Assembly: GCA_046351515.1 (NCBI GenBank)
Contig: JAXLYJ010000005.1
Span: 370,892 to 434,891, forward strand
Reading direction: 5' to 3'
DNA length: 64,000 bases
Origin: Polyangiales bacterium
GTDB taxonomy: Bacteria > Myxococcota_A > Polyangia > Polyangiales > Ga0077539
Shown: positions 9,918 through 19,058 of the stretch, piece by piece
Layout: each line of letters opens with the position of its first letter
Numbering within the stretch: position 1 is the stretch's first letter
The notes under the pieces: model-generated
The model's input: only the letters and a program-made list of their open reading frames with translations
What the model was told of the DNA's origin: nothing
Databases searched by the model: none
Program-made: the position numbers and the translations under genes

Positions 9918-11182
9918 GCTGGAGCCCCTGTGTCGTACAAGTCTACGCGCGCCGCGTTGGTGCGGGGAACGGCCACGAGTCCGTCGCTCGCCGCCGCCCA
10001 CCGAGCGCCTGCTCCGCCTTCGGAGATCTCGATGATGCGCGCGCCCGCAGCGTCGACGGCGACCATGCGTTGAGGGTGGGTTCCGCCAGCGGACGGGCGC
10101 TCGAAGGCGACCGCGCCGCCGCCGCGAATGGGCGCGATCTCGATCGAGGTCGAGAAGTCGATGACCTCGCTCGGCGGAGCGCCGGGCGCGATGACGATGG
10201 CGGCGCGATCTCCCACGCGCGCGAGCGCTCCGCTCACCGCGGGCTGCCCTGCGCGAGATCGCTCGAAGATGAGCTCGCCGTCGCGCAGGACGAACACGCG
10301 CTCTCCGCCTGCTTGCGCGCCGTACACCAGCGTCTCGCCGCCGATGAAGAAGCCTGCGCCGACGGCGGTTTGCGTGGCCGGCAGAGCGCAGCTCCAGCGC
10401 ACGGCGCCGTCGTCGTCGAGGCACTCGATCGACGCGGGCGGGCCCGATTGAAATCGCAGGTTCGAGTCGGCGGTGTTGGGCGTCGAGGCCAGGCCGCCGA
10501 CGAACGCGCGCAGCCTCGGCAGCGCGGCGGCGTCGTCGACGTCGAGCGAGCACAAGACTCGGTCGACGCGAACTGCCAGTCTTTTCTCCCACGAATCGAC
10601 GCGAATGGCCGTGGGCTTTCCGTCGAGCGGGATGCGCGAGCGAACCGCGCCAGTGACGAGGTCGACGCAGGCGATGGACGTTCCGTCGAAGGCGAAGAGC
10701 CGACGGCCCTCGACGCAGTAAGGAGCGTCGACCGCGGGTCGCGCGAGGTCTGCGACGACATCGCCTTGCGAGTCGAGCACGAGATGTCGGTCATCGAGGT
10801 GCAGCACCGGACCGTGTTCGGTCTCGGTGATCGCGACCGCGCGACCGTCGCGCCAACCGAGCTCGGGGCGCGAGATGTCCATGGTGATTTCACCCTCGCC
10901 GTTGATCGCGATGAGCCTGGGCGTCACGCCAGCGGTGGTGCTGTAGCCGACGACCCACGCGAGCGATGGAAGCCCGTACGGAGAGGGTTGCGCGAAGATC
11001 GCGACGCCGCGTGGCTCGAGCTTGAGCGGGCGAGCGAAGCGCGTCGCGCGGCGGCCGAGACCGACGATCGTCGCGCCAGACTCCGTGTTGATCGCAGTCG
11101 CGATGAATCCACCACGGGCGGGAACGATGAACGGGTTCGGCCCACCCGCGGCCGAGTACGTCCACGTCGGAGCGGTCAGCAC
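9914..11182 (-). CDS. Hypothetical beta-propeller-like protein (partner of the Zn-ribbon protein)
   Basis: 422 aa with repeated Gly/Asp-rich beta-strand motifs (VVGYSTTAGV..., LVLDSQGDVVADL..., FVLRDGELIF...). No recognisable catalytic motif. Translationally coupled to the downstream gene. Confidence 0.5.
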   Translation of the reverse strand: MLTAPTWTYSAAGGPNPFIVPARGGFIATAINTESGATIVGLGRRATRFARPLKLEPRGVAIFAQPSPYGLPSLAWVVGYSTTAGVTPRLIAINGEGEITMDISRPELGWRDGRAVAITETEHGPVLHLDDRHLVLDSQGDVVADLARPAVDAPYCVEGRRLFAFDGTSIACVDLVTGAVRSRIPLDGKPTAIRVDSWEKRLAVRVDRVLCSLDVDDAAALPRLRAFVGGLASTPNTADSNLRFQSGPPASIECLDDDGAVRWSCALPATQTAVGAGFFIGGETLVYGAQAGGERVFVLRDGELIFERSRAGQPAVSGALARVGDRAAIVIAPGAPPSEVIDFSTSIEIAPIRGGGAVAFERPSAGGTHPQRMVAVDAAGARIIEISEGGAGARWAAASDGLVAVPRTNAARVDLYDTGAPA

Positions 11183-11277
11183 AGTTGCAGGAGCCTATCA
11201 CGGATCGCCCGAGAGACGAGCGGCACTTGTGTTCGCCGAGCGCGCTCTGTCGCTTTGCTACAGTGCGAGGACAGTCG

Positions 11278-12162
11278 ATGAAGCGCGCGGTTGAGTCGGT
11301 GCAGCGGTGGCGTTCGCGTGGAAAATTCCTGACGGTTCATGGGCACGAGCTCTTCGTCGTCGACGAGGGCGAGGGGCCGTGCGTCCTGGTCCTGCACGGG
11401 TTTCCGACGAGCGGATACGATTGGAGCGCGTCGCTCACGGACCTGCGCAAGAAGCACAGGGTGATCGTCACGGACATGTTGGGCTACGGCCTGTCCGCCA
11501 AGCCAGAGGGGTTCTCGTACTCGCTCGAAGCGCAAGCGGACGTCCTGATCGAGCTCTGGCAGCGCCTCGGCGTCCGCCGCGCGCACCTCGTCGCGCACGA
11601 CATGGGCACCTCGGTGCTCTGCGCGCTGCTCGCTCGCCGCGCGAAGGGCGCGCTGCCCATCGAAGTCGAGAGCGCGACCTTCTGCAACGGGAGCGTCTTC
11701 ATCGAGATGGCGAGGCTCACTCCGTCACAGAAAATCCTACGCAACTCGTACGTCGGCCCGGTGTTCGCGAGCCTCGGATCGCGCGCGGTGTTCGGGCTGC
11801 AGCTGCGGAGGATCTTCGGCCGAGCGGACAGCGTTCCGAGCGACGAGCTCGATGCGATGTGGGAGCTGCTCTGCGCCAACGACGGTCGCAAACGACTGCC
11901 GGCGATCATCCGGTACATCGATGAGCGCTACGAGAAGGCTCCGCTCTGGCTCGCGCCGCTCGGCAAGCTCGACGTCCCTGCGCTCGTGCTCTGGGGTGAC
12001 CGCGACCCGGTCTCGATCGTCGAGATCGCCGAGCGATTGGCGAGAGAAATCCCAGGTTCTCAGCTCGTGAAGCTCACGGGCGTCGGCCACTATCCCATGG
12101 TCGAAGACCCCGCGCGCTTCACCGCGGCGCTCGAGGCGTTCTTCGCGAAGGTCGAGCGATGA
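11278..12162 (+). CDS. Alpha/beta-fold hydrolase
   Basis: Start refined to the ATG at 11278 (MKRAVESVQRW). LVLHGFPTSGYDW, nucleophile elbow HDMGTS, and C-terminal GHYPMVEDP His motif. Confidence 0.75.
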   Translation: MKRAVESVQRWRSRGKFLTVHGHELFVVDEGEGPCVLVLHGFPTSGYDWSASLTDLRKKHRVIVTDMLGYGLSAKPEGFSYSLEAQADVLIELWQRLGVRRAHLVAHDMGTSVLCALLARRAKGALPIEVESATFCNGSVFIEMARLTPSQKILRNSYVGPVFASLGSRAVFGLQLRRIFGRADSVPSDELDAMWELLCANDGRKRLPAIIRYIDERYEKAPLWLAPLGKLDVPALVLWGDRDPVSIVEIAERLAREIPGSQLVKLTGVGHYPMVEDPARFTAALEAFFAKVER

Positions 12163-13274
12163 ACGCGACGCGCTTGATGGTGTGTGCCGCCGCTGCTGTG
12201 CTCACCGCCACGTGCGCGGCGCGACAGACTCCTGCGCCCGAGCGACCCGTCCGAGCGGCGAGCGCGTCCACGACGGCGCCGCAGCGAATGAGCGTCGACG
12301 ACGTGATCGCGTTCGTTCGCGCGATTCGGCCGGATGATCCCGAGCGCCCCGCTCACTTGCAGCGCGCGATGCAGTGGGCGTTTGCTGCGGCGGACGAAGA
12401 GCGAGCGCGGATCGCTCCGCTCGATCCTGCGACGGTCCCGTGGGAGCCCGAGGCCGAGGCGAGCGACGCTCCCGTGCACGAGTCCGCGCGGCGAGAGCGC
12501 GATCCGCGCGCGATGCGCGAGCTCGAAGAGAGGACGCGCGCCGGGTTGCTGCGCTTCGATCGAGCGACGATCGCCGGCCTTCGGATCGCGCAGCAGCGGT
12601 TGTTCGTCGAAGAGCGCAGCGACGAGGCGGCGAACGTCCTCGTCGAGATGGGCGTGCGACAGACGCAGCTCGGGCTGGAGAGCGGCGCGACGCTGACGCG
12701 TTTCGTGCGGATATTTCCAGGGCATCCTCGGGTTGCAGAGGCGTACTTCAACCTGGGGATCGCGAGCCTCGCGCGACTGCGACTCGACGCGGCCAGGCCG
12801 ATCTTCGAGAGGACGCTCGAGCTCGGCGGCGCGGGGCATCGGGCGGCGGTGCTCATGTACCTCGCGAGGATCGCGCTCATTCAAGCGCGGCTCGACGACG
12901 CGCTCGGGCTCGCGAGGCTTGCGTTGCAAGAGCCGACGGCGCGCGAGGTCGAGCAGGATGTATGGCGGATCATGGGCGCTGCGCTCGCAGAGTCCGCGAG
13001 CGCAGATCCGCGATGGATCGAGCGCGTCGAGTCGTGCGCGCAGGCGGCGCGTTTGCCCAGCGCGCTGACGGTGATGCTCGAGTCGATGCTCTACGCGCGG
13101 GTGACGGACGAGCCGCGGCAGCGCGCGATCATCGCGTTGTTCGAGCAGGTGCTCGCGAGGGATCGAGCGACGTTCTGCGCGGTGCGCGAGGTCGAGCGCG
13201 AGGATCAGCCGCTCGTTCCGCGGGTGATCGAGCGCGTGAGAGCGCTGCGGATCAGCGCGCGCTGCGAGCCGTGA
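12159..13274 (+). CDS. Secreted hypothetical protein with helical/TPR-like repeats
   Basis: Signal peptide MNATRLMVCAAAAVLTATCAA, then an Ala/Arg/Leu-rich helical repeat region. ATGA overlap with the hydrolase stop. Confidence 0.5.
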   Translation: MNATRLMVCAAAAVLTATCAARQTPAPERPVRAASASTTAPQRMSVDDVIAFVRAIRPDDPERPAHLQRAMQWAFAAADEERARIAPLDPATVPWEPEAEASDAPVHESARRERDPRAMRELEERTRAGLLRFDRATIAGLRIAQQRLFVEERSDEAANVLVEMGVRQTQLGLESGATLTRFVRIFPGHPRVAEAYFNLGIASLARLRLDAARPIFERTLELGGAGHRAAVLMYLARIALIQARLDDALGLARLALQEPTAREVEQDVWRIMGAALAESASADPRWIERVESCAQAARLPSALTVMLESMLYARVTDEPRQRAIIALFEQVLARDRATFCAVREVEREDQPLVPRVIERVRALRISARCEP

Positions 13275-13280
13275 GCGAGC

Positions 13281-14894
<1,614 letters not shown>

Positions 14895-14950
14895 GGTGCG
14901 AGGGGCGCGGGAGAGTAGATGAAGTTAGCCCGCGGGTCGGAGGTAATTGG

Positions 14951-14978
14951 TTGACGTGCGGGGTGCGGTGCTTATCCT
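14951..14978 (+). promoter_or_regulatory. Putative sigma70-type promoter for ssrA (TTGACG -16 nt- TATCCT)
   Basis: TTGACG at 14951-14956 and TATCCT at 14973-14978 with a 16-nt spacer, about 20 nt upstream of the tmRNA 5' end. Confidence 0.3.
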
Positions 14979-14998
14979 CCGCGGCACGTTTCGCCAAT

Positions 14999-15361
14999 GG
15001 GGGCGATACGGTTTCGACGTGGGTTGTGAAGGTTCAGTTGCGTGACCGCCGATGATCGTGACGGCGCAAGCGACACGATCAAAACAGAGAAGCGAACGAC
15101 AACGCTCTCGCTCTCGCCGCCTGAATAAAGCGTGCTGAGACGTCTCCCGAAGAGTCCGCCGGTACTCTTCGACGAGGCGCCAAAGAACCGGATGCCTCCT
15201 GGGGACCGCACCCCGACCTGGGAGAAAGCTAAAGGAGTGATTGCCGGTGAGGCAGCCTGTCGATCGGCGGCCTCACCGGTGAAATAAAAGATCGACTACG
15301 TCATGTAGAAGCTGCGCTGGAACTCTCGCGGACCCGGGTTCGACTCCCGGCGCCTCCACCA
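14999..15361 (+). ncRNA. ssrA: tmRNA (SsrA); tag reading frame encodes ANDNALALAA-stop at 15092..15124
   Basis: 5' GGGGGCGAUACGGUUUCGACG..., 3' ...GGACCCGGGUUCGACUCCCGGCGCCUCCACCA (tRNA-Ala-like acceptor/T-arm). Internal ORF gcg aac gac aac gct ctc gct ctc gcc gcc tga gives ANDNALALAA. Confidence 0.9.
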
Positions 15362-15717
15362 TCCAATCCCGCACTCAAGTCCAGGTCTTTGTCACTCCTG
15401 GTCCTCCGTGTGGACGATTCGCCAGGACGAGACCCCCCCTCCCGGGGGACCGTCAATGTCCTCTTCCCAGAGGTGCGCTGGCAACACCGGGAGCCGTTCG
15501 CCGAACGCGCTGTGCAGCGATGCCGCGCTTCCGATGAAGTGCTGCGTCGTGTGCAGGTCTGCGTCTCGATCACGCTTCCTCCGCGCGCTCGAAGACAAGG
15601 CGATCGTCCGTTGCACGCCCAAGCCGATCGACCAGATCACAAGAGATTCTCGATCGTGTGACCGAGTGTTCGTCGGTTGTTGGACGCGATCAATCGCGGG
15701 CGTGTCTGATCGCGTTC

Positions 15718-16443
15718 ATGTCGAATCCACAGCAACCATGGGGCCCTGGTGGCCCGCAGGGCTACGGGCAACAACAACAACCGCCGCAGGGCTACGGCCA
15801 GCCCCCACAGGGCTACGGACAACAGCCGAGTCCGTACGCGGCGACGGCCGCTTCGCTGCAAGCGACGGGCGGCCAGCTCGCGCACTCAGCGAAGGGCGCG
15901 GCCGTTCGCATCGGAGTGATCTTCGGGCTCTCTGCGCTCGTGATCGCTGGTGTCGTGGCGAAGAAGGCGTTTGGCAACCGGCCCGATCTGGTCTTTCTGC
16001 ACAACGTGCGGACGGTGGCCGCGACGGTGACGGTCAACGGCGCGCCCAGCGGGAGCGTGGCGTCCACCGAGGTGCTCGAGATCCCTGTTTCGCCCGGAAG
16101 CTACACGGTGGTGAGCACGTTCGCGGACGGTCAGACGCAGACGTTGGCCTTCACCGTTCCGCCGCGAGAGAGCTTCTTCGAGGGCTTTCGAGCGGTTGGA
16201 TTGCTGGGCAATCCGTTTCGCTACGCGAGCGTCACCGTGCGCTATCCGAGCTACGGAATGCGCCCGACGATCGCGCCGCTCACCACTGGGCCGCAGCAGT
16301 TCGTCCCGCTGCCGGTGGGCGCGAATCGCGAGACCATCAACACGTCGTTTCCTCGCTCGGTCTCCGCTCGAAGAGGAAGCACCGTGACGCTCACGCACTA
16401 CTGTCCGATCACGGCAGACGGCGACGTTCCCTGCCTGCAGTGA
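15718..16443 (+). CDS. Single-pass membrane protein with Q/P/G/Y-rich (PQGYGQ) N-terminal repeats
   Basis: Start refined to the ATG at 15718 (MSNPQQPWGPGGPQGYGQQQQPPQGYGQPPQGYGQQ). TM helix IGVIFGLSALVIAGVV followed by a 150-aa extracytoplasmic domain. Confidence 0.5.
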   Translation: MSNPQQPWGPGGPQGYGQQQQPPQGYGQPPQGYGQQPSPYAATAASLQATGGQLAHSAKGAAVRIGVIFGLSALVIAGVVAKKAFGNRPDLVFLHNVRTVAATVTVNGAPSGSVASTEVLEIPVSPGSYTVVSTFADGQTQTLAFTVPPRESFFEGFRAVGLLGNPFRYASVTVRYPSYGMRPTIAPLTTGPQQFVPLPVGANRETINTSFPRSVSARRGSTVTLTHYCPITADGDVPCLQ

Positions 16444-16530
16444 GCCGTGCGCTGCGACCGTGACGCGCCGACCTCACAGTGACCTCTCGCGTCGATGCCG
16501 CGCGCAGCGCTCGGCGATACAGTGCGGTCG

Positions 16531-17094
16531 ATGCAACCCGTTCGATCGTGCGCAGCGAACAAGCGCTGCGCGTGGCTCGTCGCGCTATGGACCGCATCAT
16601 CGAGCGTCGGATGCGCGTCGATGTCGAGCCCGACCTCGCCGGCCTCGCTCGATGAAGGCCGCTCTTCGGGCGCGCAGTCGTCGTGCCCTGCCTGGGGATC
16701 GCGAGGGTTTTCTCTGGTGGTTCGCGCCCAGAGCTCGCACGCGCTGTTCTTTCGAGAGTTCGCCTACGACGATCGAAGCGGCGTGGTCCGTGTTCATGAC
16801 TCGGACTTGTTCGCGGCTGCGGACGGGCACGAGAGTCGAGAGCCGCGGGTGATCCAGCGTACGCTCACGCTCGATCGCGCGCAGCGCGACGAGCTCGCGC
16901 GCGACTTGATGGCGATGTGCCCCGACCCGAGAGAGCTCGAGCCGCTCGAAGCCGCAGGCGGCGGAACGACGCTCGTGGTCACCACGGCCTCGGGGGCGCA
17001 GTCCCGGGTTCGGTACGCGACGGGCACCGCGGACGTGGCTCGACGGGCACACGCGCGATTCGTTCGGTATTTTCCTGAGCTTCGGCGCCAGTGA
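16531..17094 (+). CDS. Hypothetical lipoprotein
   Basis: MQPVRSCAANKRCAWLVALWTASSSVGC lipobox; start refined to the ATG at 16531. Confidence 0.45.
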   Translation: MQPVRSCAANKRCAWLVALWTASSSVGCASMSSPTSPASLDEGRSSGAQSSCPAWGSRGFSLVVRAQSSHALFFREFAYDDRSGVVRVHDSDLFAAADGHESREPRVIQRTLTLDRAQRDELARDLMAMCPDPRELEPLEAAGGGTTLVVTTASGAQSRVRYATGTADVARRAHARFVRYFPELRRQ

Positions 17095-17125
17095 GCCTGG
17101 GGTGATGCGCCGGGGAACGGGCGGT

Positions 17126-17253
17126 TTTGTAGGGTTAGGGGACGGTGTTCAAAAGTTCAAAGTTGGGTCTCAACGTGACTCACTCGCGCGGGGCGATGGG
17201 CCGGAGTGAGACCAACAAATGAACTTTTGAACACCGTCCCCTCACCCTACAAA
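17126..17253. repeat. Large imperfect inverted repeat (33-bp arms, 1 mismatch, 62-bp spacer with nested palindromes) just upstream of the ECF sigma gene
   Basis: Arm 17126-17158 TTTGTAGGGTTAGGGGACGGTGTTCAAAAGTTC versus reverse complement of 17221-17253 TTTGTAGGGTGAGGGGACGGTGTTCAAAAGTTC. Spacer contains GTCTCA...TGAGAC and CTCACTC...GAGTGAG. Confidence 0.6.
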
Positions 17254-17325
17254 GCCGCTGCGTCGATTTCCCTGAAACCAAACGGCGGCTCGAAGCACTT
17301 GCTCGTCGTGAGTGTTCTCGTTGCA

Positions 17326-17925
17326 ATGTCTGCGGTGGAGCCGCCGTCGTCTCGGGTGCCGGTCGTTCCGATCGAACGGGCGGTGGTCGAGCGCGTTCGG
17401 TCTGGCGACGCGAGCGCGTTTCGTGAGCTGTTTCGCAGTCACGCTGCGCGCGTGCGGCGATTTCTTCGCAACCTCGTCGACTCCGATGCCGCGGCTGATG
17501 AGGCGACGCAAGAGTGCTTCGTCCGCGCGCACGCGGCGCTGACGGGCGGCGCCGAGGTGCAGAGCCTCGTCCCGTGGTTGCTCGGAGTGGCGCGCAACGT
17601 AGCCCGCGAACAACAGCGCTCACGCAAGAACCTCGTCGCGCTCGAAGCCGACGAAGCCGAGCAGCACGTGAGCCCCGCGCCGGACCCCGAGGCGCTCTTG
17701 CTCGGTCGAGAGGCGGACGCGCTCTTGTCGCGCGCGCTCGAGAGGCTCAGCGAAGACCGTCGCGCGGCGCTCGTGCTGCGCGTTGATCAAGGCCTCGCCT
17801 ACGAAGACATCGCCGCCATCCTCGGATGGAACGTCGCGCGCGTGAAGAACGAGATCCACCGCGCTCGCATGCAACTTCGCGCAGCCATCGCCGCGCGCCT
17901 CGATCGCTCGGAGGACGAACGATGA
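17326..17925 (+). CDS. ECF (sigma-70 group 4) RNA polymerase sigma factor
   Basis: Start refined to the ATG at 17326. Region 2 (FRELFRSHAARVRRFLRNLV...ATQECFVRAH) and region 4 (LVLRVDQGLAYEDIAAILGWNVARVKNEIHRARMQLR). Confidence 0.85.
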   Translation: MSAVEPPSSRVPVVPIERAVVERVRSGDASAFRELFRSHAARVRRFLRNLVDSDAAADEATQECFVRAHAALTGGAEVQSLVPWLLGVARNVAREQQRSRKNLVALEADEAEQHVSPAPDPEALLLGREADALLSRALERLSEDRRAALVLRVDQGLAYEDIAAILGWNVARVKNEIHRARMQLRAAIAARLDRSEDER

Positions 17926-19055
17926 GCACGCACGTCGACATCGAATCGCTCGAAGCTCTCGCCGCTGACCAGCCCATCTCCAACGGCGCGCTCGTCGCGG
18001 CGCACCTCGAATCGTGTGAAGAGTGCCGCGAAGAGCTCGCGTGGCTGCGCGCCGAACGCGCGCTCTTCGAGAAGCGAGCAGACGCGCAAGGCTCGGTCGA
18101 GCACTTGTGGGCAGGCGTCGAAGAGAAGCGCGCGCAGCGCAAGACGCAGAGCGCGCCGTATCGAGCCAACGCGCTGCCGCTGCCGAATCCTGCGAGGGTG
18201 AGCTCGTCGCGTTGGTGGCTGCTGGCTGCGGCGCTCCCGTTGGTCCTCGCGGGGACAGCGACGTTTGCGATCGTGAAGCGCGCGAGAGCGGCGCGCGGAG
18301 TGGATGCCGTGGTCGAGCAGCGAGCGGTCGGAAGCGGAGCGCGGTTGCGCGTGCGCGTGGCGTCGGCGGACCTGCAGATCGAGCGCAGCGCGAGCGGGCT
18401 GGTCGTCGTGCGAAGCGCAGAGCGAGCCGCAGAGCCGAGGCTCGTGGCCATCGACGCGCGCACGTTCGAGCTGCGATTCGAGCGAAATCCGACGGAGCGA
18501 GTGCGCATCGAGGTTCCGCAGGGGACGGCGCTGGACATCACAACGTCGTCCGGTGACGTGACGATCGGAGCGATCGGCGGAGCGACGAAGATCCTCACAA
18601 GCTCCGGTGACATTCGCGCAGCCGAACTCGGCGAGACGGACATCACGACCACGTCGGGCGACGTTCGTGTGCGCTCGATCGTGGGATCGATCGCGATTCG
18701 CTCGTCGTCGGGAGACATCGAAGTCGAACGCTCTCTTCACGCGAGCCGGGTGCTCGCGACGAGCACGTCGGGCTCCGTGCAATGGGCGGGGCGGTGCGCG
18801 CTCGAGTGCGCGATGCAAGTGCGCACCAACTCGGGTGACGTGCGGCTCTCGTTCGACCGAGCGAGCGCGGCGACCGTTCGCTTCGAGACGAGCTCCGGCA
18901 GTTTTCGCGACGGAACGACCTCGGGCCGCACGCTCCAACAGCCCTCGATTCTCTGGCAGATGGGCTCGGGCGTCGGCGTGATCAACGTCGAGACCACCTC
19001 GGGGTCGCTCGCGCTCGACGGCGCGGGCGCGCTCGTGATCGACGGCGTCGACTGA
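17922..19055 (+). CDS. Anti-sigma factor: N-terminal zinc-binding anti-sigma domain, TM helix, C-terminal DUF4097-like beta-strand repeat (putative adhesin) domain
   Basis: ATGA overlap with the sigma stop. HLESCEECREELAWL (HxxxCxxC), TM WWLLAAALPLVLAG, then TSSGDV/SSGDI repeats (at least 8). Confidence 0.7.
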   Translation: MSTHVDIESLEALAADQPISNGALVAAHLESCEECREELAWLRAERALFEKRADAQGSVEHLWAGVEEKRAQRKTQSAPYRANALPLPNPARVSSSRWWLLAAALPLVLAGTATFAIVKRARAARGVDAVVEQRAVGSGARLRVRVASADLQIERSASGLVVVRSAERAAEPRLVAIDARTFELRFERNPTERVRIEVPQGTALDITTSSGDVTIGAIGGATKILTSSGDIRAAELGETDITTTSGDVRVRSIVGSIAIRSSSGDIEVERSLHASRVLATSTSGSVQWAGRCALECAMQVRTNSGDVRLSFDRASAATVRFETSSGSFRDGTTSGRTLQQPSILWQMGSGVGVINVETTSGSLALDGAGALVIDGVD

Positions 19056-19058
19056 GCG

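Noticed and set aside
8448-10592. 714-aa version of the Zn-ribbon gene with a 225-codon Arg-rich N-terminus
   Set aside because: The extension overlaps the upstream beta-propeller gene in another frame and is 40% Arg. The internal ATG at 9915 has an ATGA coupling overlap and starts a sensible Cys-ribbon domain.
15408-16463. 351-aa plus-strand ORF overlapping the 3' end of tmRNA and the QGY membrane protein gene
   Set aside because: Begins inside the tmRNA gene and is in a different frame from the clean signal/TM-containing 15718..16443 ORF. Composition is Arg/Ser-rich noise.
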